A stretch of DNA of 64,000 nt from a virus (taxonomy: Duplodnaviria; Caudoviricetes). The number at the start of each line of letters is the position of its first letter. Position 1 is the stretch's first letter. The notes beneath the pieces are model-generated. The model made no database searches, had not been told where the DNA came from, and worked only from the letters and a program-made list of their open reading frames with translations. Made by a program: the position numbers and the translations under genes. This document shows, in pieces, positions 8,994 through 17,410 of the stretch. The stretch is from the IMG/VR virus record IMGVR_UViG_3300021400_000686, positions 24,333-88,332 of that record. One strand, written 5' to 3'.

Positions 8994-10183
8994 GGATTAT
9001 TCCGTCTTTTGAACGGCTTTAATTTCTCGATCCCCGGCGGATTTTTGTAGTTCTCTCTCCACCGCTCAATCTGAACCTTGTTCAACTCTTCGTTCTTGTC
9101 ACGCATTTCCTGAGTCCACTCGTCCTTCGGCGTCTTTTCATAATCCCTCTGGATTTCATATTCCTTATGGTTAAGGTCTTTGACCGCTTGGCTCTGTGGT
9201 GAGTGTACTTGCAGTTCGAAAACGCGTCCACTTGGGGCCTTTACAGAAAGGTGCACCGCACGATAAATCGCGTCCTCGTTTACCTTGCCGTCCTTTCCAA
9301 GGAACTTGTTGTCAAGCTCGATTACCTCGTAGCCTTGATCCGAGAGGTTTTTCTGCAACTTGTTTACACACCCAACGATATCTTTATTATCGCACATCGC
9401 AGTGTATCTTACAAGGTCTCCGAACTTTTCTGCAACATCGTCAACCGTTGCTTCTGGGTTCCCCGTTTCCGCGCGGAACTTTTCGAGCTTTCTAAGAGCT
9501 TTGTCCTCAATATGGCTTGCACCCTTGGAAGCGTTTTCCGTACCGTCAAGGTACATCCCCGCGTTTCCGACGGAGTCAAACAAGTCTTTCGTGATCTTCT
9601 TTTCGTCCGCGACAGCGCCCTCGAACACCTTCTTCATCCTTTCGGAGCCTTTAATTTCGCTATCGACCTTTGACGCGAGCCCGGGGATGCATGCGAACGT
9701 CTCGCCCTTTTCATTCTTTTGATAAACGATGTCCTCGTCCTTCAGGTTCGCAACGATATTCTCCCATGTGCCGGGCTTGATCCATCCTTTTTCCTCGTCT
9801 TCAAGCGCCGTTTTCTCTGCGATTTCAAGCGCTTTGGAGTATTTTGCCCCGTTCTTCAGCTTCGGGAAACTTGTCCCTTTGCTTGTGGTAGTCTTGTCCG
9901 AGAGCCTGTTTGTGTCAAGTTCACTCTTTTTCGGCTCTTTTCCTTCGTTTTTAACCGACTCATTCACTTTTTTACGAAGCTCTTGGGTCGGTTTCACGCT
10001 CTTGCTTTCCACCATTTTTTTAGCAACGTACGGATTTGCCTTGTCAAGGACGCCGTTTTCGTTAAAATGGATATGATCGCCTTCTTCTGTCGTGCGCCAC
10101 TTGCCCTTTTCTTGCGCGTCCATCCGACTTTGATAATCCGCACGAATCCGCCTTAAGATTTTATCTGTATATTTCTTGTTCAT
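8990..10183 (-). CDS. Leader-bearing cargo protein with RelA/SpoT-like nucleotidyltransferase domain (toxSAS-like)
   Basis: IRADYQSRMD leader; FGDLVRYT...YRAVHLSV...FELQVHS...K...HKEYEIQR; adjacent to an HD hydrolase. Confidence 0.75.
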   Translation of the reverse strand: MNKKYTDKILRRIRADYQSRMDAQEKGKWRTTEEGDHIHFNENGVLDKANPYVAKKMVESKSVKPTQELRKKVNESVKNEGKEPKKSELDTNRLSDKTTTSKGTSFPKLKNGAKYSKALEIAEKTALEDEEKGWIKPGTWENIVANLKDEDIVYQKNEKGETFACIPGLASKVDSEIKGSERMKKVFEGAVADEKKITKDLFDSVGNAGMYLDGTENASKGASHIEDKALRKLEKFRAETGNPEATVDDVAEKFGDLVRYTAMCDNKDIVGCVNKLQKNLSDQGYEVIELDNKFLGKDGKVNEDAIYRAVHLSVKAPSGRVFELQVHSPQSQAVKDLNHKEYEIQRDYEKTPKDEWTQEMRDKNEELNKVQIERWRENYKNPPGIEKLKPFKRRNNP

Positions 10184-12276
10184 CTTACAGTTTTCCTCCG
10201 CGCTTCAGTGTATTTGCGCTTTACCTCTTCAAATAATTCTTGCGCGAGCTCAAGAGGGCTCTTTTCCTCGTCCTGTTTGAATATCTGTTTTTCGTAAAGC
10301 TCGTGCATCAAGAGGCTCAGCGCCTTCTTGAACGCCGGGAGAAGTGCGTCCGACTTCTTTAGTAGTTCCTCAAGAGAAGACCACCTTGGGTCTTCCATTT
10401 CGCCGTCTCTGCACTTAGGGACTCCCTCAAAATCCAAAGCAACATATTGCTTGGATACGATGTCGCCGTTTCCACTTACAATACCAATCGGCTGTAAGTT
10501 CTTCGGCTCTACCCCAAATTCCTCAATTGCCTCTCTAACCGCCGCCTCTTCTGGCGTTTCGCCGTCTTCAATGTGTCCACCCGGGCCACATATCAACCCG
10601 TTGTCGGTTCTTATGCCCGTAAGAACGTATCCATCCTTAACGATTAAAACGCCCACGCAATTCGGTTCCGCCTCGTCGGTGGCCATTTTATCCTTTTCGA
10701 CATTTGGTGCGCCGTTTTGCGCCATTTCTGGGCTCTGGTGGGCATCCTGAGGCGCTTCTTCACCTTGTGGTTCTTCTCCGTCACCCTGTCCGCCAAGCAT
10801 CTGCATCATTTCTGGTGGCATTCCACCCATTCCGGGCATTCCGCCCTGTTGTTGTGGCGCGTTCTCCTCAAGCTCTTCCTCGGTGTAGTCATCAAGCATC
10901 GTCTCGACGTCAAACTCTTCTGTTTCGGCGAGCTTCTTCCTAACCTCAGACGGATCAATCGCTTGCATTCCAACATAAGCCTCGGCAACCGCCGCCCTTG
11001 CCTGTTGAACGGCAACTTTCTGCTGTTCAAGCTGAACTTGTTCAACCTCACTCAAAGACCAAAGTGGGCTGAATTCTATTTCGATCTTCGGTGCCTCTTT
11101 GATCTTCCCTGTAACGATGCCCGCGGCGAATATAAGCTGTAGCAGATACCTCAGATTGCTCTTAACCATCCGCTTCTGGATTCTCTCAACGTAGTTGTAC
11201 CAGTTTTCTAAATCGCCTTGTCCAGTTGCATTCATTCCTGCGGGGCTTCGTCCAAACAGGATCGTCTGCGGAATGTTTGTCAGCGCCGACAAGTAGTTGC
11301 ACGTTGTGTCAATTACATCCGCAACCCCAGAAAATGAAAATTGACGGAAGCTGTAATCCTCACCATCTCCGTCAACCGTAATCGTATTTAACAATCCCCT
11401 CGCAAGGTCAATCGTTTGCAAGCGCTTCAAGACCATGCTCTCACCTTGCTCAGTAGCGAGCATGCTTGATAATCCCTTCATCGAATACACCGCTTGTATC
11501 GATCGATCTAATAGCTTCACGGCGCTTCCGTGCGCCACCTCAGCATCTCTGATCGCCCTGTGTATCCTAATGTATTCGGGGACGCCCCACTCTCTGTAAA
11601 TGGAGCTTGTGGTTCTCTCTGGCAACTGTCCGTTCTGGAACACCAAGCATCTGCTCTCGTGAACCTTGAACGATCCATACATGCTGTAAACGTAGTAGAA
11701 TTCTGGCATTCCGAGCTTGCTACCACGGTTCACAAACGGGCTCCTGTAGGCGTCCGTAGTATATAACGATGAGTAGTCTATCTGAACAAGCGAACGGTCA
11801 TACACTCTGATGTCGTCGATTGACTCCACGTGCATCCAGTCGACTGGATCGGTAAGATCACCGCCGTCGTTGATCAGCATCACCGCGATACATCCACCAA
11901 AAAGTCGCGTCCACTTGATACACTGTATAAATATTTCGTCCCAGTCAAGCTCGTCGAGCGCGTCCTTGTAAAACGCCTCAACAGTATCATTCGAAAGGTC
12001 TTTGATCTCAAACCCGTGTTTGATAGCCTCCTCAGCGGGGGCATCAATCACTTTTGAGAAAAGTCCGTTCCCCTCATAGAAATATGTCAGCTCTGTATCT
12101 GGTACATCGGGCTCGCCTTGGTAATGATAATGCTCTGTGGTGTCGCGAGAAGTTCCATACTTATTCAGGACGTTTACAAAACCGTCCTCTCTGTATGGAC
12201 GAACTACTTTTCCCGTTTGCTGTTGGATCAGATGCATGTATCGCCTGACCTCAGCCATTTTTTCGTTTTCACCCAT
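10180..12276 (-). CDS. DUF1073-family portal protein with C-terminal Nudix hydrolase domain
   Basis: Portal motifs (RWTRLFGG-like KWTRLFGG, LSALTNIPQTILFGRSPAGMNATGQGDLENWY); full Nudix box GGHIEDGETPEEAAVREAIEEFGV. Confidence 0.9.
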   Translation of the reverse strand: MGENEKMAEVRRYMHLIQQQTGKVVRPYREDGFVNVLNKYGTSRDTTEHYHYQGEPDVPDTELTYFYEGNGLFSKVIDAPAEEAIKHGFEIKDLSNDTVEAFYKDALDELDWDEIFIQCIKWTRLFGGCIAVMLINDGGDLTDPVDWMHVESIDDIRVYDRSLVQIDYSSLYTTDAYRSPFVNRGSKLGMPEFYYVYSMYGSFKVHESRCLVFQNGQLPERTTSSIYREWGVPEYIRIHRAIRDAEVAHGSAVKLLDRSIQAVYSMKGLSSMLATEQGESMVLKRLQTIDLARGLLNTITVDGDGEDYSFRQFSFSGVADVIDTTCNYLSALTNIPQTILFGRSPAGMNATGQGDLENWYNYVERIQKRMVKSNLRYLLQLIFAAGIVTGKIKEAPKIEIEFSPLWSLSEVEQVQLEQQKVAVQQARAAVAEAYVGMQAIDPSEVRKKLAETEEFDVETMLDDYTEEELEENAPQQQGGMPGMGGMPPEMMQMLGGQGDGEEPQGEEAPQDAHQSPEMAQNGAPNVEKDKMATDEAEPNCVGVLIVKDGYVLTGIRTDNGLICGPGGHIEDGETPEEAAVREAIEEFGVEPKNLQPIGIVSGNGDIVSKQYVALDFEGVPKCRDGEMEDPRWSSLEELLKKSDALLPAFKKALSLLMHELYEKQIFKQDEEKSPLELAQELFEEVKRKYTEARRKTVR

Positions 12277-12287
12277 ACATTATCTCC

Positions 12288-14363
12288 TTAATACTTCGTT
12301 GCATTTAATAGCTCGTCGGCATTGTAATCTTCCCATTGCCCGAGCTTCTTATTATAGAACCTAACCCTGATCCCGTTATCCTTGATCGCTTTTTTAGCTT
12401 TATCGTCCCACGACTTGAAAGCACTCTCCATCTCCGAACGGCTCTTGAAACGAATCTGTTCGATGTCCTTCGCTAAAACGCCCCCGTGATATTGGCACTC
12501 GCAATAATTGAGCGGCGAGTTGTATAGCTCACCAAGCGACTTGACTTGCCCTTTTGCTATCTTTCTGGCGTTATTAGGACTGTACGACGCTCCCTCGATA
12601 GAGCATGTCGTGTCTACAATGCCCGCCGCGTACGTCTGATGCCCCGAGTCCGAGCACCCCATTAAGCTATCGTCTAAAGTATAAGTCGTGCGGTCTTTTA
12701 CGTTGTCTTTCTTGAAAACGATTGTGCATCTGTTTCCATCGCCCTTTTCGCCGTACCACGGGCCACCACTTCCAAGCGTGTTCTCGAAATCGTCTTTGTC
12801 GGCCATGTAGCCGTACTTTTCTCTCTCCTCTTTCCCCGTGCCTACTGGCGTTCCGAAGATGTTCTTAGACAAATCCCTACGAGCATCCAAGTCGGAAGAA
12901 CCGTCTGTCGTGCCAGTCTCAAATTGGTTCTTTAGATGTCCATTCAATACATCGTCAATATTGGCGGAATTGATATTCAAACAAAGGTCGGCATTGTCGA
13001 ACATCTTCTGCATGTTCGTCTGTAGGTTCACCAACCCTTCTGTATCCAGTCCCCAAAGAGTATTTTTGTTCTCGCCGTTATAGTCGCCGTCTTCTCCGTA
13101 TGCCCTGTTTTCCATATACTCAGAAGCACACTTGCTCCACCCGTCTAAGGTCTTAATTCCTTGCGCAACCTTCGGAGCATCAACAAGACTCGCATAATCG
13201 CTTATTACAGGCTTTTTGTAATTCAGTTCAATGCTCTCAGACTCAATAGGCTTATCCCATTTCTTCTGATATTTGGATTCGCCCCTTCTTTCAAGCTCGC
13301 TCTCGATAGCCTCAGTCCTTTTTGTTACATCTGGGTAAATCTTTGAAATCGCTTTCTCAAGAGCAGACCCGTAAGTTGAGTCTGTAGCCGCCTTCGTGTA
13401 GGCGTCTCTAACAGCTTTGAGCTCTTTTTTCATCGCCGACTCAGACATCGACTCTGGATCATCCGATCCTAACCCAATATCCTTTTCGAGTTTCGACTTA
13501 AATATATTGACAATCGACTCGGCTCTCGCGTCTAATGCGTCTACTGCTTCCGCCTCTTTATCGATGTCGTCGAGCGTCATCACCGCGCGATCCATATCCT
13601 TGATCTTTTTGTATTCCTTCTCAAGCTTTTCATCGTCCATGTTATCCACGGGCTCAAGCTTGCACCCACCCTCGACAAATTTCTCGGCCCACTTTTTACG
13701 TGCGTCAATAAGTTTTGCTCTGTACTCTTTAGACTTTTCGTTTGATCCACCAAATCTTGAATATGCCCACGCATCATATGCCTTTGCCTTATCAATATCC
13801 GCAAGCATTTTATCAAGCTCGGTGGTTGGCTTCGGGTCGAATCGGTGCGTGTAAGCGTAGTCGACGTCAAGACGTTCTTTGGCCAGTTCGTCGCCACGAT
13901 CCAACAGCTTCTCTATCCCCTCCCGATGTGGATTGCTTGACAAATCACCAAATCTCCTCATAGATGAAGCGTCCGACATACTGATACCGTATTTCGAAAG
14001 CATTTCATCGTCGATTTTTCTGATATCGTCAAGAATTCTGTCGGTCTCCGCTGTCATCTCCGACTCGGTCATCCCGGACAGATTCTTTACCTTTGGCCCC
14101 TCCGCCTTTTTCTTCGTCTTAGTCGGCATAACTTCATCGTGGCTTTCCCCCGTTTCGTTATAATATGCCGACCACGCCTCTCTTGGCGTCATTCCAGTGG
14201 TGTCTATACCCATATCTTTGCATAGGCCGTAAGGTAAGCGGGTACTGAATGCCGAATACTTCTTTCCGCCCTTGTCTTTGTTTTGGTTGTCATCCGCATC
14301 ATCCGCGTCCATCCGTATTGTCCAACGACGCCGAATGTCCTCAAGTTTGGTAAGTATATTCAT
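12288..14363 (-). CDS. Leader-bearing cargo protein with LPYG module, helical repeats and DUF3626-like C-terminal domain
   Basis: IRRRWTIRMD leader; LKNQFETGTTDG...EKYGY...WYG...RTTYTLDDSL...YCECQYHGGV. Confidence 0.65.
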   Translation of the reverse strand: MNILTKLEDIRRRWTIRMDADDADDNQNKDKGGKKYSAFSTRLPYGLCKDMGIDTTGMTPREAWSAYYNETGESHDEVMPTKTKKKAEGPKVKNLSGMTESEMTAETDRILDDIRKIDDEMLSKYGISMSDASSMRRFGDLSSNPHREGIEKLLDRGDELAKERLDVDYAYTHRFDPKPTTELDKMLADIDKAKAYDAWAYSRFGGSNEKSKEYRAKLIDARKKWAEKFVEGGCKLEPVDNMDDEKLEKEYKKIKDMDRAVMTLDDIDKEAEAVDALDARAESIVNIFKSKLEKDIGLGSDDPESMSESAMKKELKAVRDAYTKAATDSTYGSALEKAISKIYPDVTKRTEAIESELERRGESKYQKKWDKPIESESIELNYKKPVISDYASLVDAPKVAQGIKTLDGWSKCASEYMENRAYGEDGDYNGENKNTLWGLDTEGLVNLQTNMQKMFDNADLCLNINSANIDDVLNGHLKNQFETGTTDGSSDLDARRDLSKNIFGTPVGTGKEEREKYGYMADKDDFENTLGSGGPWYGEKGDGNRCTIVFKKDNVKDRTTYTLDDSLMGCSDSGHQTYAAGIVDTTCSIEGASYSPNNARKIAKGQVKSLGELYNSPLNYCECQYHGGVLAKDIEQIRFKSRSEMESAFKSWDDKAKKAIKDNGIRVRFYNKKLGQWEDYNADELLNATKY

Positions 14364-14401
14364 CGTTCAACCCCAATAAAAAACGGTGCATCTCTGCACC
14401 G

Positions 14402-14740
14402 TTAGCCTAAATATATTCCTTTTTGCTGTTCTTTCGACATCGCAATCAGCTTCCGCTGTTGTCGCCTTATGTCCCCAATGTCTACGTTTTCACGTGCCTC
14501 TAAAAGGTCGTAGATTTCCTCCTCGTTCGGATTGTCGGCCTCAACAATCTTTACCGCTTTTTCTACTGCCCCCTGATCCAGTTGATCCGAGGAATAAATT
14601 GGTTCGTATTTCGCAAGGAATAACCACATCCACCGATAGGTTACAAGTTCTCTCCGTGTGTCTACAATGGCGTATAACCCGTCCTCAACCTCACAAATCA
14701 CGGTATCGCCTGAGCCACCTACAACTGATCGTATCTTCAT
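14402..14740 (-). CDS. Small leaderless protein, candidate immunity/partner
   Basis: Downstream of the zincin cargo gene; followed by a terminator-like sequence. Confidence 0.5.
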   Translation of the reverse strand: MKIRSVVGGSGDTVICEVEDGLYAIVDTRRELVTYRWMWLFLAKYEPIYSSDQLDQGAVEKAVKIVEADNPNEEEIYDLLEARENVDIGDIRRQQRKLIAMSKEQQKGIYLG

Positions 14741-14749
14741 GCCTTGCCC

Positions 14750-14980
14750 TCACCAAAAAATCTTTTCATCAGCCGTATCCTTCGGCATGTCATCTAAAAC
14801 ATCGTAAAAGTTCGGAATGTCGTCTGGAGCATCGCCGTCAATAAGCCTTTGGCAAACTTCAATCTTCTCGTCAAGCATCTTCCCGTTTTCGTCGTTCATG
14901 AACCGCTCAACAAGCTCGTTCCCTGTTTGCCATATAAGCTCGAACAGCTTTGTCTCTTTTTCCATTCGCTTAATGTCCAT
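14750..14980 (-). CDS. Small acidic leaderless protein, candidate immunity/partner
   Basis: Starts immediately after the stop of 14982-16244. Confidence 0.5.
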   Translation of the reverse strand: MDIKRMEKETKLFELIWQTGNELVERFMNDENGKMLDEKIEVCQRLIDGDAPDDIPNFYDVLDDMPKDTADEKIFW

Positions 14981-14981
14981 A

Positions 14982-16244
14982 TTACGCCCCCGTAACCCGT
15001 TTCATCATGTTTCTAACATGCTCTTCTAACCTTTTGCTCGTCTCCGGGAAATCCTTCTTAAAGTATTCAAGCAACTCGGGCTTGAATACGGACAGCGAAC
15101 AGTAATTCGCAAACAGCTCGTGCGCCCTACTTTCACGATCCGCGTAATAACCTTTCCCGTGCCCAGCGTAAATATACCCGTCGCTCATCAACCTTCCGCC
15201 AGACATCGCGTCGTACATATCCATAAGGTTATCAAAGCCGTCAAGCTCTTTGTTCGAGACACTTTGAATTCGTTTTTTTCCTTCTCTCTTGATCCGTCTG
15301 TACTCTTTAGAATACTCGTCATAAGATGAAAACGAACCGCCTTCGAGAAACTTGGTGTTACACGCGCTTAATTCCCCCGACACCTTTACAGTCTCGGCTC
15401 TTCTCGCGCTAACAGCCCTTTTTGAAGCGCCCGAAATTGCCTCCCACGACTCTTTTGATATGTTATCCTTTCCGTCTATCCTCTCATTGAAAATAGCGTC
15501 CATCAGCCCTTTGTTCTTTGACGTTGACATATACCCACTGACGGTACCATCGCCACACATTGCATCCATATAGTGACCAAGCTCGTGAGCCACGGTTCTC
15601 GCAGAATCGTCATCTATAACTTTCGGTATCTTTACAGCGCAATTTGTAAGCTCACCTGTACTTTTTCTAACGCTGACCTCCAGTTGGCCTTTGCCGTACG
15701 GAACAGTTTTTCTTGTTGCGTTCTTAATAGCGTCGGACACGCACTTATCATTTAACGAGCCCATCGCTCTATATAACTCTCCGACCTCAGAGTCGCTTCC
15801 TTTAGCGGAGTTAATCTTTTCGCAGAAAGCAGACGTTTCTTTCTTACTCGCTGACGTCCCCCTCATCCACGTTGGGAAGTTATCAGTCGTTATTTTTGGC
15901 AAGCTCTTTTTTTCGTGTACACTATTAGCCTTCGAAACGTCAACCTTCTTGTCTGGAGCATTGACTTTTTCGTTCATCGCCACTTTTGGCGAGATTCCTT
16001 TCCCTTCGATCTTCTCCCAAACCTCACGTGGGGCTAATCCCTCGGTATTGATCCCTAAGTCTTTGGCAATACCGTACGGAAGCCTTACACCGAGCGCCGT
16101 TGATTTTTTCTGTTTCCTGTTCTGATTCCTGTTTTGATTTTGGCTTTCGTTCTCGCCTTCCTCTTCAGCGTCCAATCTGAACAGGAGCTTTTTTCTTATG
16201 GCCTCGACGGCATTAAGCATTTTGTTCATGCGCCGCACCTCCAT
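14982..16244 (-). CDS. Leader-bearing cargo protein with LPYG module and zincin metallopeptidase domain
   Basis: IRKKLLFRLD leader; VAHELGHYMD (HExxH); distal AHELFANY. Confidence 0.7.
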   Translation of the reverse strand: MEVRRMNKMLNAVEAIRKKLLFRLDAEEEGENESQNQNRNQNRKQKKSTALGVRLPYGIAKDLGINTEGLAPREVWEKIEGKGISPKVAMNEKVNAPDKKVDVSKANSVHEKKSLPKITTDNFPTWMRGTSASKKETSAFCEKINSAKGSDSEVGELYRAMGSLNDKCVSDAIKNATRKTVPYGKGQLEVSVRKSTGELTNCAVKIPKVIDDDSARTVAHELGHYMDAMCGDGTVSGYMSTSKNKGLMDAIFNERIDGKDNISKESWEAISGASKRAVSARRAETVKVSGELSACNTKFLEGGSFSSYDEYSKEYRRIKREGKKRIQSVSNKELDGFDNLMDMYDAMSGGRLMSDGYIYAGHGKGYYADRESRAHELFANYCSLSVFKPELLEYFKKDFPETSKRLEEHVRNMMKRVTGA

Positions 16245-16269
16245 TTAGTGTACGGCGCATGTGTCGCCG

Positions 16270-17073
16270 TTATCTCAATTTTTCGAACTCTTCCACAACT
16301 TCCAATAAGTCATCGGGCAGATACCATCTCAGCTTGTCCTTGATATTGTCTGGTACACCGAAATACGCTTCCGCAATCGCACCCGCAATCGCACCCAATG
16401 TGTCGCTGTCCCCTCCGATTGAAACACAGTTACGAATTACATCTTCGTAGCTCGTTCCTTCGTAAAAGCACTGCAACGCTTCAGGCATCGAAACCATACA
16501 AGTTTCATCGCCGTGCCCATTGATAATGTTGCGATACCATCCTACGCTTCCATGTGGGACGTAGTATTTATCCATCTCGGCCTTGATAGCATCTTTGCTT
16601 GATCCGTTCAGCGCCATGTATACCGCAACCGCCGTCGCCTCAGCGCCTTTAATGCCTTCAGGATGATTATGAGTTACTTCAGTCACCTTGCGAGATAGCT
16701 CTTTAACCTCGTCAAGATTTTTTGCGAAATACGCTACAGGACTTACTCTCATAGCCGATCCGTTGCCGAAACTGTTGTAAGGCATCGGATTGTTTGAGAA
16801 CATCCACTGGAAAAACATTCCGCCGTACCCACAGTTTGGATGCTTGCGCCCAATTCTGTGCATAGTCTCGATGGTTTTCCTTGATAGATCGCTGTAATCT
16901 CCATGGCAATCCATCAGCGCCTTTGCTACGGCGCACGTCATCACCGTGTCGTCCGTGTACTCGCATTCCGCCGCAAACAGTTCAAACTTCTTTGTTTTGG
17001 TGTTATTGAATTCCCACCGAGAACCAATAATATCGCCTAAAATAGCCCCTACCATTAACATCACCCCTTTCAT
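16270..17073 (-). CDS. ADP-ribosylglycohydrolase (DraG/ARH family)
   Basis: GAILGDIIGS, YTDDTVMT, NSFGNGSAMRVSP, THNHPEGIKGA, GGDSDTLGAIAG. Confidence 0.93.
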   Translation of the reverse strand: MKGVMLMVGAILGDIIGSRWEFNNTKTKKFELFAAECEYTDDTVMTCAVAKALMDCHGDYSDLSRKTIETMHRIGRKHPNCGYGGMFFQWMFSNNPMPYNSFGNGSAMRVSPVAYFAKNLDEVKELSRKVTEVTHNHPEGIKGAEATAVAVYMALNGSSKDAIKAEMDKYYVPHGSVGWYRNIINGHGDETCMVSMPEALQCFYEGTSYEDVIRNCVSIGGDSDTLGAIAGAIAEAYFGVPDNIKDKLRWYLPDDLLEVVEEFEKLR

Positions 17074-17089
17074 ATCATCTTACAGCGAT

Positions 17090-17118
17090 ATTTTATCACA
17101 TATTGGATAATATGTCAA
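17090..17118 (-). promoter_or_regulatory. Sigma70 promoter with palindromic operator, driving the ADP-ribosylglycohydrolase
   Basis: TTGACA-TATTATCCAATATGTGA-TAAAAT. Confidence 0.8.
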
Positions 17119-17133
17119 TAGTAGGGAGTTATT

Positions 17134-17355
17134 TTATTCTTCCTCGTAATAATCGCACTCTTCTTCGCCACGAACGACCATCTCGGGCTTGTGCTCTGGA
17201 TAAGGATACATTTGGCAACTCGCTTTTCTGTAGTCGTTCGACCAAATGTCTCCGTTGTCCCTCAGCACACACGTTTTGCACTGTTCGCAAATAACCAATT
17301 TGCCGTTATCAGTAGCGCTGTCATCTTCATACCATCTTTTCGATTTCTCTGCCAT
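17134..17355 (-). CDS. Small Cys-rich protein between the ART and the glycohydrolase
   Basis: CEQC...CQMYP...KP...CDYY. Confidence 0.65.
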   Translation of the reverse strand: MAEKSKRWYEDDSATDNGKLVICEQCKTCVLRDNGDIWSNDYRKASCQMYPYPEHKPEMVVRGEEECDYYEEE

Positions 17356-17410
17356 GCGAACCTCCTTTCGGCATTTTGATCATTATATCATAGCGAACGG
17401 TTCTTTGCAA

